Shown one piece after another: positions 46,112 through 57,774 of a stretch of DNA of 64,000 nt (position 1 is the first letter of the stretch; every line of letters starts with the position of its first letter). The notes under the pieces were generated by a model. The model ran no database searches and had not been told where the DNA came from. It saw only the letters and a program-made list of their open reading frames with translations. The stretch is from Candidatus Multivoradales bacterium. GTDB taxonomy: Bacteria > Acidobacteriota > Thermoanaerobaculia > Multivoradales > JAHEKO01. The DNA is taken from NCBI GenBank assembly GCA_965223875.1, contig OZ245024.1:2483211-2547210 (forward strand), in the 5' to 3' direction. Made by a program: the position numbers and the translations under genes.

Positions 46112-49100
46112 AGCTCGTCGAGCGTCTCCGCGTCGTAGAGATTCCCGTCGCGCATGACCCAGCGGATCGACCGGGTCGCCTCGATATCCGCCAGAGGGTC
46201 GCGCTCGAGGACGACCAGGTCGGCCAGCTTACCCTGCTCGAGGCTGCCGAGATCGCCATCCAGGCCGAGCAGCTCGGCGCCGAAGATGGTGGCGCAGCGC
46301 AGGACGTCGTGCGGACTCATCCCGCCGCCCGCCAGGAGACCCATCTCCCAGTGGGCCGAGAGGCCCTGCACTTCGCCATGACCACCCAGGGCCACCCGTC
46401 CTCCCGCCTCGAGAATCGCCTTCGCGCCGGCGGCCGTGTCGCGATCGTTGTACGCCTCCGGCGGAAACCAGAGGACCCGCGAGGAGGTCTTGGCGTAGAG
46501 CTCGCCGGCGGCGAACCAGCGCTCGATCCCGGGGTCGGTGTGCGGCCGCTCCTCGGCCATCAGCCGGTAGATCGGCAGCGCGCCTCCGAACGAGACGACG
46601 AGCGTCGGGGTGTAGGTCATCCCGGTTCTCGCCAGGAGCTCGATGACGTCGCTTCGGATCGGCGCGACCGGAAGGGCGTGCTCATTGCCGCTGAAACCGT
46701 CCATCGCATGCGTCAGATCGGCCTTCGTATCGGCGGCGCCCTCGGCCGTCACCATCAAGCCGCGCTCACGCGCCGCCGTGATGATCCACTGCTTCTGCAT
46801 CCGGTTGCCCGGCATGTAGGACTTGATCAACCCGGTGCGGTAGTCGTCGACGTAGCGATCGAGAGCCGCCCGGGCCTCGTCGAGCGAACGCAGGTCACGG
46901 GCCATCGGGCTCGGCAGACCGACGCCGGGGCCGGTCGAGTAGACCCTCGGCCCCGGTACGTCGTCAGCCTCGATGATGTCGGCGACGTCGAAGACATCGA
47001 CGCTCGACTGCGGGTCGCTCACAGTGGTGACACCGAGGGCGAGGTTGGCAAACGAGGCCGTCGACTCGGGCTCGAGAAGCTCCGGCTTGGTGGACAGATG
47101 GGCGTGAACGTCGACGAAACCCGGCACGATGGTGTGCCCGCCGACATCGAAGACCGCCGCTCCCTCGGGGATCTCGACCGACCCCCTCGGGCCGAGGGCG
47201 GCGATGCGGTTGCCGGTAACCACGATCTCGCCGTCCTCGATGACGCCCCGGCTGGAGATGGTGACGATCCGCGCGCCGCGCAGGACGATCGAGCCGCTAG
47301 GAACCGGGCGTGGAGCGGTGACCTCGAGGCGCAGGGGCCCGGCGTCCTCTCCGCCGACGGTCATCCCCGAGCCCCACACCAGGCGCCCGTCGGCCGGCGA
47401 CCAGGCGAGTGTTCCCCAGTCTCCGCCGAGCGCGACCGGCGTTCCATCGGCGGGCGTCAGCTCGCGACCGCCGAACCCGCCGGCGGGAACGTCGAACAGA
47501 GAGATCCGGCCGCCGGCCAGTGCCGCCACTCGCGAGCCGTCCGGGCTGAGCCACAGGTGTCCGGCACCCGCCTGGGGAGAGAGGCGGGCCTGAGGAGTCC
47601 GGAAGCTCCCGTCCCCCGCCAACGACACCAGACCTGCCTTGACGGAGCTCAGGTAGAGACCCGCCGGATCGCCGGCGAAATGGGGGTGGCGCAGGCCGCC
47701 CGAGGGCGCCATCGCCCGCGGCTCGCCACCGGCGGCCGGTACCTCGACGATCATCGCGTCCGGGGGAACGATCTCGCGTGGCGCCGCCTCGGAGCCGAGT
47801 GGCGCCGTCAGCGCCACCACGCTTCCGCCGTCCGGCGTCCAGACCGGATCGGCCCAGAAGGCGGCTTCGCGCGACAACCGGACTGGCTCGCCACTACCGT
47901 CGGCGGCGGCCTTCCAGAGATGGCCTCCGGCCGCTCCCCAGGTCACGTAGGCGACCCACCGGCCATCCGGAGACCAGGCCGGCATGAACTCCCGCGGCGA
48001 GGAGGTCCGGGTGAGCCGGTCGGGCGAGCCACCATCCGCCGCGGCGACGAAGATCCGAGCCATGGAAGAGAAGGCCATCCTGCCATCGGGAGCCACCGCC
48101 AGATGCTGCAGCCGCCGTGCCCTCACCGGTCCCGTCTCGACCCGGCGGGGGAAACGGAGCCTCGGAGTCACCTCGAGAGACACCGTGGCTGTGAACGGAA
48201 CCTCCACATCACTCCCGTCCAGACCCAGTCGATGGATCCTGCCGTCGATCTCGACGAACACCGCGTCTCCATCGGCGCTGAAGGAGTAGTTCGGTAGCAG
48301 ATCGCGGGTGGCGCGACCTTCGAGTTGGTTGCGCTGGATGCCCTCGGAGAGCCAGCGCTCGGTGCCGGTCTCCATATCGCGGAGGCGAAGCCCGGTCCCG
48401 CCTTCACGCATGGCCGCGTAGACCATCAACGACCCGTTTGGAGAGAGCGCCGGCCTCATGGCGTTGTCGCCCTGAAGGGGCACCCTCTCCGTGGCGCCCG
48501 TCGCCGACTCGAGGCGGAAGATCGCGCTCGACGGGCCGTCACGACTTCCGTGCTGGCGCGGGGTGACGGCGGTGTAGTAGACGACGTCCCCGTCAGGGCT
48601 CACCTCCGCTCCGTAGGGGCCCGGCGCCGGGGCGGAGACCAGGAAGGCCGGCGGCCCGTTGGCGTTCTCGACCACCTTGAGCCCCTCCCCGGTGTCGACG
48701 TCGTAGCGCCAGAGATCGGCCACACCCGGCGGCATTCCCAGCGGAACGACCGTCACGTAGACGGCCGCCCCGTCGGCCGACCAGGTCGGCGACAGCATGC
48801 CGACGCGGCGCCGGTCGGTCAGCGCCCGGGCGCCGCGTCCATCGGCCCGCGAAATCCAGACGTTGTCAGAGCCGGACTCGTCACTGATGTAGACGATCGA
48901 AGCCCCGTCGGGCGAGTACCGAGGCTGTGACTGGAACGCGCGACCGGTGAGAAGGGGCACCGCCTCACCCCCTTCGACCGGGAGGCGGTAGATGTCGCCG
49001 AGCAGCTCGAAGAGCAGCGACTCCCCGCCGGGATCGGCGTCGAGCGAAAGCCAGGTTCCTTCATCGGTGGTGAAGCCGATCGTGTCGGCTCCGGCACTCG

Positions 49101-49155
49101 CCGAAGCCGCGGCGACCAGCATCAAGGCGGCCACTCCCCCCGCTCGTATCGACAT
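46045..49155 (-). CDS. Large secreted protein: TolB-like (PD40) beta-propeller repeats + C-terminal amidohydrolase domain
   Basis: Trimmed to MSIRAGGVAALMLVAAASASA. It has multiple SPDG propeller blades over about 600 aa. The about 400-aa C-terminal domain has the VDVHAHL metal-binding motif of amidohydrolases. Confidence 0.8.
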   Translation of the reverse strand: MSIRAGGVAALMLVAAASASAGADTIGFTTDEGTWLSLDADPGGESLLFELLGDIYRLPVEGGEAVPLLTGRAFQSQPRYSPDGASIVYISDESGSDNVWISRADGRGARALTDRRRVGMLSPTWSADGAAVYVTVVPLGMPPGVADLWRYDVDTGEGLKVVENANGPPAFLVSAPAPGPYGAEVSPDGDVVYYTAVTPRQHGSRDGPSSAIFRLESATGATERVPLQGDNAMRPALSPNGSLMVYAAMREGGTGLRLRDMETGTERWLSEGIQRNQLEGRATRDLLPNYSFSADGDAVFVEIDGRIHRLGLDGSDVEVPFTATVSLEVTPRLRFPRRVETGPVRARRLQHLAVAPDGRMAFSSMARIFVAAADGGSPDRLTRTSSPREFMPAWSPDGRWVAYVTWGAAGGHLWKAAADGSGEPVRLSREAAFWADPVWTPDGGSVVALTAPLGSEAAPREIVPPDAMIVEVPAAGGEPRAMAPSGGLRHPHFAGDPAGLYLSSVKAGLVSLAGDGSFRTPQARLSPQAGAGHLWLSPDGSRVAALAGGRISLFDVPAGGFGGRELTPADGTPVALGGDWGTLAWSPADGRLVWGSGMTVGGEDAGPLRLEVTAPRPVPSGSIVLRGARIVTISSRGVIEDGEIVVTGNRIAALGPRGSVEIPEGAAVFDVGGHTIVPGFVDVHAHLSTKPELLEPESTASFANLALGVTTVSDPQSSVDVFDVADIIEADDVPGPRVYSTGPGVGLPSPMARDLRSLDEARAALDRYVDDYRTGLIKSYMPGNRMQKQWIITAARERGLMVTAEGAADTKADLTHAMDGFSGNEHALPVAPIRSDVIELLARTGMTYTPTLVVSFGGALPIYRLMAEERPHTDPGIERWFAAGELYAKTSSRVLWFPPEAYNDRDTAAGAKAILEAGGRVALGGHGEVQGLSAHWEMGLLAGGGMSPHDVLRCATIFGAELLGLDGDLGSLEQGKLADLVVLERDPLADIEATRSIRWVMRDGNLYDAETLDELWPEAVPFESPWWLGRPEASTR

Positions 49156-49210
49156 GATGGGCGATTCTCTCACCCCGGGCCGGAAGAGCGCGGGAGCTAC
49201 AATCGCTCGC

Positions 49211-49990
49211 ATGGACGAGGCGGCCGCGCAGAGGAGCCCCTACAAGGAGCCGATTGTCTTCGCGTCCGCCTGCGTGGTCGTCAGTGTCCTGGCCGCACGC
49301 GGCGTCTTCAACTCGATCTCCGGCTTTCCGCTCATCTTCGCCGCGGCCTGCGTGGTCTTCGGCCTCCTCTCGATCTGGAGGCAGCGTCCCCGCCGCGCCG
49401 TCGCGGGCCGGGTGCTGATCCTCGTTCTCGGCGCCGCCATCGCGATCGGCGGCTCGCTCCATCAGCGCCGCGTGGTTGCGGAGCAGATCGCCAACCGGCA
49501 GCTTCAGGTCGCCGACGAGATCCGCGGCTCGAAGCTCCCCCCACCCATCGGCTTCGAGCCGCTGAATCGGGAGCCCGAGGCCTGGGACGAGGTCGCGGCA
49601 CTCGACGGCGACGCCACCCTCATCACCTTCTGGGCCCGCTGGTGCTCGCCCTGCTGGAAGGAGATGGAGGAACTCGACGAGCTCTATCGCGAGCACGGAG
49701 ACCGCGGCCTGCGGGTGCTGGCGGTGACCCGGTACGACCACCCGGGCGAACCCGACGAGCGCCGGGCCGACTTCGACAAGGCGGTCGACTTCCTGGACGG
49801 TCGCGATCTCACCTTCCCAGCGGCGATCACCGACAGCGACGAGCTCTACACCGCCTGCAAGGTCAACTCGCCTCCGGGGCTCGTTCTGGTGGACGGCGAC
49901 GGGCGCGTCGTCGACTTCGCCATCGACCTCGACCGGGCGCGCCGGCTGATGGAGCGGGCGGTGGAGATGCTCGACGGAGCGGTCTCGTGA
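49211..49990 (+). CDS. TlpA/ResA-like thiol-disulfide oxidoreductase (redoxin) with N-terminal TM anchor
   Basis: Two or three N-terminal TM helices, then a thioredoxin fold with WCSPC. Confidence 0.7.
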   Translation: MDEAAAQRSPYKEPIVFASACVVVSVLAARGVFNSISGFPLIFAAACVVFGLLSIWRQRPRRAVAGRVLILVLGAAIAIGGSLHQRRVVAEQIANRQLQVADEIRGSKLPPPIGFEPLNREPEAWDEVAALDGDATLITFWARWCSPCWKEMEELDELYREHGDRGLRVLAVTRYDHPGEPDERRADFDKAVDFLDGRDLTFPAAITDSDELYTACKVNSPPGLVLVDGDGRVVDFAIDLDRARRLMERAVEMLDGAVS

Positions 49991-50913
49991 GACGCGCGGC
50001 GCTCCTACTGTCGGTTCTGGCCGCGGCACTCGCCGGCTGTCACCCGTCGAGCACCCAGCAGGCGGATCTGGCCTTCGAGCCGGAGATTCCGAACCCCGCG
50101 TTCGCCGAGGGCACGGGACCGACCGTCCTGGTCGACGAAGCGCACCAGAACTTCCACACCGTCGACGGTCGCTACGCGCCCTTCGCCAAGCTGCTGCGAC
50201 GCGACGGCTACGTCGTCGAGGGACTGGCCGAGTCGGCCTCACTGGAAGCCCTGGCAGGCGCCGACGTCTACGTCATCGCCAACGCCATCGCCGCCTCCGA
50301 CGAGGAGGGCTGGACGCTGCCGATCGAACAGGCCTTCACCGAGGCCGAGGTCGAGGCGATCGCCACCTGGGTGGAGGGCGGCGGCTCCCTCCTCCTCATC
50401 GCCGACCACATGCCGATGCCCGGAGCCGTGGAGAGCCTGGCGGCCGAGTTCGGCGTGCTGTTCGGCAATGGCTTCCTGTACGACGCCGACGGCGAGTCGA
50501 AGCTCGAGTTCTGTCGCGAATCGGGCCTGGCGAGCCACCCGATCACCGAGGGTCGGAGTGCCGACGAGCGGGTCGAGTGCATCCGGACCTTCACCGGCCA
50601 GGCGTTCCGCGCCGAGGTCGAGCTCGAGCCGCTCATCACCCTGCCCTCGGGCAGCCGGCTCAAGCTGCCGATCGAGGCCTGGGAGTTCGAGGAGACGACG
50701 CCGTCGATCCTCGCCGGAGGGATGCTCCAGGGCGCGGTACTGCGCCACGGCCAGGGCCGGGTGGCGATGTTCGGTGAAGCGGCGATGTTCTCGGCCCAGG
50801 AGCGGATCTCGGACGAGGGCCGTGAGCTGATGGGCATGAACCGGCCCGACGCGGCCGAGAATCCGCAGTTCCTGCTCAACGTGATGCACTGGCTGTCGGG
50901 ACTGATCGGCTAG
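49987..50913 (+). CDS. Lipoprotein, DUF4350/ThuA-like (class I glutamine-amidotransferase-like fold) candidate
   Basis: GTGA overlap with the upstream gene and a lipobox LAGCHP. The C-terminus NPQFLLNVMHWLSG is a DUF4350-like ending. Weak assignment. Confidence 0.4.
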   Translation: MRRAALLLSVLAAALAGCHPSSTQQADLAFEPEIPNPAFAEGTGPTVLVDEAHQNFHTVDGRYAPFAKLLRRDGYVVEGLAESASLEALAGADVYVIANAIAASDEEGWTLPIEQAFTEAEVEAIATWVEGGGSLLLIADHMPMPGAVESLAAEFGVLFGNGFLYDADGESKLEFCRESGLASHPITEGRSADERVECIRTFTGQAFRAEVELEPLITLPSGSRLKLPIEAWEFEETTPSILAGGMLQGAVLRHGQGRVAMFGEAAMFSAQERISDEGRELMGMNRPDAAENPQFLLNVMHWLSGLIG

Positions 50914-50923
50914 AGTCTCGACA

Positions 50924-52297
50924 ATGAGCCGCACGTGGATGGTGCTCGTCGGCGCCCTGGTCGCTCTCTCCTGCGCGCCACCGCGCGGCGAGGTCTCGAT
51001 CTGCGCCGACTGCAACGTCGTTCTCGTCTCGATCGATACGCTGCGCGCCGATCATCTCGGCCTCTACGGCCACTCGCGGCCGACGTCGCCGCACCTGGAC
51101 TCCCTGGCCGAGGAATCCATCGTCTTCGACAACTTCTTCAACAACGGCGGCACGACGCTGCCGGTGCACATGTCGATGATGACCTCGCTCCAGCCCTTCG
51201 CCCACAGGGTGCTGCCGTCGCACAAGCGGCGCCTGGAGGACGAGAGGGTGACGCTGGCGGAGCGGCTGGCGGAGGCGGGGTGGGCGACGGCCGGCTTCAC
51301 CGATGGGGGCTGGGTGCGGGCCCAGTTCGGCTTCGACCAGGGCTTCGACACGTTCGACGACAGCGGCGGCCGGCTCGAGACCATTCTGCCGAAGGCGCTC
51401 GACTGGATCTCGCAGAGCGACTCCCGGCCGTTCTTCCTCTTCCTCCACACCTACGACGTGCACTCCGAGTGGAACGAGCTGCCCTACGAGTGCCCCGGCG
51501 ACATGCAGTTCACCTTCCAGCCCGAAGAGGAGCTCCGCTACCAGAGCTGTACCGACGGCGTCTGCGCCTCCGAGAGGCTGGCGATGCTCAACCGCCGGCT
51601 GTGGGCGAACGCCGGTCTCAAGGGGCGGTTGATGGCCGCCGGCATCCACGAGGAGCTGGCGCGGCTCTACGACGGCTGCATCCTCTACGTCGACGGCAAG
51701 ATCCGCGAGCTGACGGATCACCTGCGCGCCGAGGGCCGCTGGGAGAAGACGATCTTCATCGTCACCTCCGACCACGGCGAGGGATTCCTCGAGCACAACA
51801 TGCTGCTCCACATCTCGCCATGGGAGGAGGTGCTGCGGATCCCGCTGATGATCCGCTTCCCCGAGGGGCTTCACGGCGGGCGACGGATCGACCACATGGG
51901 CACGACGATAGACATCGCCCCGACCGTGCTCGAGGCCCTCGGGCTTCCAGCCGAAGAGACCTTCCGCGGCCTCAGCCTGATGCCGACCATCCTCGACGAC
52001 CGACCGATCCGGGATGCCTTCTCGGTCCAGAACAGCCTCAGGACCTCCCGGTGGAAGTACCTGGAGCTCGGAGAGATGAAGATGGTCTACGACATCGAGG
52101 CCGATCCGGGCGAGCTGCACGATCTCGCCGGGTCACACCCGAACCGTCTACGGGAGGTCCAGCGCCTCGCCGCGCGCCTGGCCGCCGACGACCGCAAGGC
52201 CTACGACGACTTCGTCGCCGGCGTCGAGGCCGGCGAAGAGGTGATCCTCGACGAGAAGGTCCAGGAGGAGCTGCGGTCGCTCGGCTACGTGCAGTAG
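50924..52297 (+). CDS. Sulfatase-like hydrolase/transferase (alkaline-phosphatase superfamily, Thr nucleophile variant)
   Basis: VVLVSIDTLRADHLGLYG...TSPHLDSLA. A paralog of the ORF at 16900, with Thr where that one has Cys. Confidence 0.75.
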   Translation: MSRTWMVLVGALVALSCAPPRGEVSICADCNVVLVSIDTLRADHLGLYGHSRPTSPHLDSLAEESIVFDNFFNNGGTTLPVHMSMMTSLQPFAHRVLPSHKRRLEDERVTLAERLAEAGWATAGFTDGGWVRAQFGFDQGFDTFDDSGGRLETILPKALDWISQSDSRPFFLFLHTYDVHSEWNELPYECPGDMQFTFQPEEELRYQSCTDGVCASERLAMLNRRLWANAGLKGRLMAAGIHEELARLYDGCILYVDGKIRELTDHLRAEGRWEKTIFIVTSDHGEGFLEHNMLLHISPWEEVLRIPLMIRFPEGLHGGRRIDHMGTTIDIAPTVLEALGLPAEETFRGLSLMPTILDDRPIRDAFSVQNSLRTSRWKYLELGEMKMVYDIEADPGELHDLAGSHPNRLREVQRLAARLAADDRKAYDDFVAGVEAGEEVILDEKVQEELRSLGYVQ

Positions 52298-52312
52298 AGC
52301 CTCGCTCCATCC

Positions 52313-53377
52313 TCAACCCACCGGAATCGTCAGGGTCGGTCCCGGCGCCGAGGTCTCCCCGGCCAGCAGGTTGAAGAGCTGGGTCAGCAGCATGAACGTC
52401 GACTTGGAGTTGAGGTCGTCGTCACGGATGTAGAACCAGCTTCCCCGGTAGGGCACCGCGGTGGCCGCGCCTTCCGGAGGCTTCGTCGAGCTGTAGACCT
52501 TGAGCAGATGGCCGGCGACGTCGTCCCAGTCGAACTCCCGGCCGTCGTTGCCCCGGGTGACGGTCACCAGCCCCCGATCGGCGTGCTGCGAGGGAACCTC
52601 CACGTTCTGACTCAGGTAGAAGAGGATGCCGAAGATCGAGCGGGTCCGGATATTGAGTGTGTTGGGGCGCTCCTCCGTCGACTTGGTGTTGACGACCAGA
52701 CGCCGCGCGTCCGGATCGAGACCCAGGAGCTCCCGCAGCTCGGCGAGTTCGTCCTGTCGCTCGAGGTCGTCCAGGAGCAGGAACACCACCTCGCCGGTCT
52801 CCTCGTCGCGAACCAGATCGATGAGCTTTTCCTTCTGCAGCTCCCGCAGCAGGACCAGGCAGCGAGCGAAGCGCTCGTACCTCGGCACGTAGTCGGGCGT
52901 GGGCCCCGACGCGGAGGGCGCGTTGTGGAGCCCGTTCATGCGCTCGACGGCGGCGCCGAACAGCCTCTGGATGCTCCACCCCGACTGCGACAGAACGAGC
53001 AACGCGTTGGGCGCGACCGGACGCATCAGCGCTCGCAGAAAGTCCTGCCCCTGGAGCGGCTGGTAGACGATGGTCGGAGAGCGCGAGTAGGACATGCCGG
53101 TCGCGGCTCCCACGCTGTCGGAACCGGAGGGACTCCAACCGGCACTGATCCCCAGCGACCCCTGTGTGGACAGTGACTCCGTGACGCTCCCTACCTGAAC
53201 GAAGTAGGGGTTGTCGCGGTACTTGAGCCGCACCAGATTGAGCAGGAACTGGGTGTCGACCGAGCGGACGACGGCGTGATTGAAGTCGACACTCCCCTGC
53301 TCGACCGCACCGGGACCCACCGACGCGCAGCCCGTCAGCGCGAGCAGCGACAGGACCGGAACCATTCGACGCAACAT
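52313..53377 (-). CDS. Lipoprotein of unknown function
   Basis: Trimmed to MLRRMVPVLSLLALTGCAS (lipobox), with GGAGGG upstream. No recognisable motifs. Confidence 0.4.
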   Translation of the reverse strand: MLRRMVPVLSLLALTGCASVGPGAVEQGSVDFNHAVVRSVDTQFLLNLVRLKYRDNPYFVQVGSVTESLSTQGSLGISAGWSPSGSDSVGAATGMSYSRSPTIVYQPLQGQDFLRALMRPVAPNALLVLSQSGWSIQRLFGAAVERMNGLHNAPSASGPTPDYVPRYERFARCLVLLRELQKEKLIDLVRDEETGEVVFLLLDDLERQDELAELRELLGLDPDARRLVVNTKSTEERPNTLNIRTRSIFGILFYLSQNVEVPSQHADRGLVTVTRGNDGREFDWDDVAGHLLKVYSSTKPPEGAATAVPYRGSWFYIRDDDLNSKSTFMLLTQLFNLLAGETSAPGPTLTIPVG

Positions 53378-53556
53378 GATCTCTCCCTCCGTATTGCGGA
53401 ACGTCCCGAAGTGGACGTCCGGGCCCATTGTGCCAACTCCCGCGCTCTCACTCGCGGTCAAGTCGGGGCCGGCTTCGGAAGGCACGGGAGAGCGGACTCG
53501 CTCGCCTGGGTGTACCATCGGGTCATGCCCGACACCCGGTCCGTACCGACCGATCG

Positions 53557-54381
53557 ATGACGAAGACCGCGCTGGCGCCCTTCCCGGTGGCCTCCGCCAT
53601 CTTCGCCCTGGTGCTCAACGCTGGCGTGCTGGGGTGCGGCTCGCGTCCTTCGCCCGCCGTCGAGGAGTTGATGACCGCCAGTCGGCGAGGCGACCTCGAA
53701 GGCATCGAAAGAGCTCTGGCGGCCGGGGCCGACGTCAATGCACGCGAGCCCGATGATCACGAGACGGCGCTCTACCGTGCCGCGCGCATGGGTGAGGCGG
53801 AGGCGGTACTGGCCCTGCTCGAGGCCGGCGCGGACCCCGACATCGGCGACAGGAGGTCGGTCTCGCCGCTCCACGTCGCGGCGAGGAGCGGGTCGAGCGC
53901 CGTCGTGGCCGCCCTGCTCGAGGGCGGAGCGACCGTCGACGCTCGAGAAGATCAGCAGGGAAAGACACCACTCCACGAGGCGGCCTACGAGCTTCAGCCG
54001 GACGTCGCCAGGCTGCTGCTCGAGGCCGGTGCGGACCCCAATGCGCGCCTCAAGTGGGATCCGTCACCCGCCCTGGCGATCGCTGTACGCCAGTCGAACC
54101 TGGAGCTCGCCGAGCACCTCGTCAAAGCCGGAGCCGACGGCAGCCTCGACGACGGATCGGGACCGCTCATCCACCAGGCCCTGGCGCTGGCGCATGACGA
54201 GGATCCGGAGATGCTCCGCCTGCTGATCGACGGTGGTGCCTCGCTGGAACAGAAAGATGACGAAGGCCGGACCGTCGTCGAGGCGGCGCGATACTACCTG
54301 GCCCAGGAGACAGGAGCCTCCTGGGTGGCCAAGCGACAGAGGGTACTCGAGTCGCTCGAAGCCATGGAGGCCGAGCAATGA
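53557..54381 (+). CDS. Ankyrin-repeat lipoprotein
   Basis: Lipobox VLGCGS. At least 6 ankyrin repeats (GADVNA..TALYRAAR.G....LL.AGADP.. pattern). Confidence 0.75.
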   Translation: MTKTALAPFPVASAIFALVLNAGVLGCGSRPSPAVEELMTASRRGDLEGIERALAAGADVNAREPDDHETALYRAARMGEAEAVLALLEAGADPDIGDRRSVSPLHVAARSGSSAVVAALLEGGATVDAREDQQGKTPLHEAAYELQPDVARLLLEAGADPNARLKWDPSPALAIAVRQSNLELAEHLVKAGADGSLDDGSGPLIHQALALAHDEDPEMLRLLIDGGASLEQKDDEGRTVVEAARYYLAQETGASWVAKRQRVLESLEAMEAEQ

Positions 54382-54980
54382 GAGCCTTCACCGGATTCGT
54401 GGCGCTCGCGACCGCCACCACCTTGATCGGCTGCGGAAGCCCCGAGGGGAAGGCTCTCTGCGAAGCCATCTGGACGGAGGACGTGGCCGCGGTAGAGGCG
54501 CTGTTGAGCCAGGGCACCGACCCGAACGAGAGAGTCACCTTCCAGGGACACCTGAGCTCGCCGTGGCGCCAGGCGATCAACAAGCTGGATCTTCCAACCG
54601 ACACCCGTGAAGCGATCGCCCTGGCGGCCCTCGAGGCCGGCGGCGACCCGAACCTCTCGTGGTCGTGGAGCGGTGGTGGAGACAATCCCAGGTCCTACAC
54701 GATGTACGCCCTCGAGATTCCCGCTCGCGGCGGCAGCGTCCGCCTCGTCGAGGCGCTCATCGCCGCGGGGGTACGCATAGGCGCCGAACCTGGAGGTGAA
54801 GCGCTGATCGCCGCCGCTGGCGCTGGTCAGCTCGAGGTCCTCAGGGCCCTGGTCGAGGCCGGCGCGCCGCTCGACTACAAGAGCAGCGACTCGGGCGAGA
54901 CGCCACTCGGCGCGGCGGTCGACTCGGCCTCCCGCGAGGTGATCGACTATCTGGACTCACTCGGCGCCCGCGAGTGGTAG
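54378..54980 (+). CDS. Ankyrin-repeat lipoprotein (second copy)
   Basis: ATGA overlap with the upstream gene and a lipobox LIGCGS. Ankyrin-like repeats (LEAGGDPN, LIAAGVRIGA...). Confidence 0.65.
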   Translation: MRAFTGFVALATATTLIGCGSPEGKALCEAIWTEDVAAVEALLSQGTDPNERVTFQGHLSSPWRQAINKLDLPTDTREAIALAALEAGGDPNLSWSWSGGGDNPRSYTMYALEIPARGGSVRLVEALIAAGVRIGAEPGGEALIAAAGAGQLEVLRALVEAGAPLDYKSSDSGETPLGAAVDSASREVIDYLDSLGAREW

Positions 54981-55096
54981 ACGGCCCCCTTCCTGGGACA
55001 GAGCCACTCCGATGATCCCGGGAGTGTAGACTCCGGCCAACCATCACTCGGCTAGCAGGCCCCAGCGGCGAGCCGCTCGGGGTCGAGGAGGTCACC

Positions 55097-56050
55097 ATGC
55101 GAGGAGACAGGCTCGTTGGACTGTTGCTGTGTATCCTTCTGTCGGCGTGCGGCTCAGAACCGATCGATACCACCGCGACGGAGTCCCCTGACGCCAGCGC
55201 GGCGTCGCAGGCGCCACCGCCCGCGGAGCCTGGCGTCGTCCTGGTGCAGGCGGACGACTACTCCTTCACCGCACCCCCCACGTTCCCGTCCGGCTGGGTC
55301 AGGCTCCGCTTCGACAACCAGGGCGCGGAGCCGCACTTCGCGATCATCTGGGACCTTCCTGACGGGAAGACCTTCGATGACTACGTGGCCGAGGTCGCCA
55401 CGCCGTTCCAGGACTACTACACCAAGTACCGGAGCGGCGAGTGGGACCAGGAGACCTTCTTCGAAGAGCTCATCGCGGCCATTCCCGCCTGGTTCTACGA
55501 GGCCGTGCCGAAGGGAGGTCCCGGATTCACGGCGCCCGGAACGGCCTCGGAGACCCTCGTCTACCTCGAGCCCGGGGACAACTACCTCCTAGAGTGCTAC
55601 GTCCGGTCCATGAAGCAGGACGACCGCTTCCACGGGGCCGAAGGCATGCTGCGCCCGCTGATCGTCGAAGGCGAGCCGTCGGGCCTGGAGCCGCCGGAGG
55701 CCGACATCGAGATCGTCCTGTCGAGCTTCGAGATCGAGCTCTCGGGCGACCTCACCGCCGGACCCCACATCGCCAGGGTCCGCGTCGAGGACACGCCGGA
55801 GGGGTTCATCCGCCACAACGTGCACCTGGCGAAGCTGGCGGAAGGTCAGACAGGTGCCGACCTGGCGCCATGGCTCAACTGGGTCGACGAGATGCTGCCG
55901 CCCGCCCCTGCGGTCTTCATGGGCGGCGCCGGACAGATGGCCGCCGGCCGCGAGTCCTACCTGGTCATCGACCTGGAGCCCGGGAGCTATACCTGGATCT
56001 CGGAGATGTTCGGCATCCAGGGAATGTTGCAGGACTTCGTCGTCGAGTGA
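55097..56050 (+). CDS. Lipoprotein of unknown function
   Basis: Lipobox LLSACGS. No motif recognised. Confidence 0.4.
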   Translation: MRGDRLVGLLLCILLSACGSEPIDTTATESPDASAASQAPPPAEPGVVLVQADDYSFTAPPTFPSGWVRLRFDNQGAEPHFAIIWDLPDGKTFDDYVAEVATPFQDYYTKYRSGEWDQETFFEELIAAIPAWFYEAVPKGGPGFTAPGTASETLVYLEPGDNYLLECYVRSMKQDDRFHGAEGMLRPLIVEGEPSGLEPPEADIEIVLSSFEIELSGDLTAGPHIARVRVEDTPEGFIRHNVHLAKLAEGQTGADLAPWLNWVDEMLPPAPAVFMGGAGQMAAGRESYLVIDLEPGSYTWISEMFGIQGMLQDFVVE

Positions 56051-56071
56051 GGCGCGAGGTACGGCAAAGCC

Positions 56072-57697
<1,626 letters not shown>

Positions 57698-57774
57698 TTA
57701 GCGCAATCACACCCGGACGACTCTCTCCGGCAATACGGCGGGGCAACCTAGCGCCTCCGGCTTCGTATAGTCTC

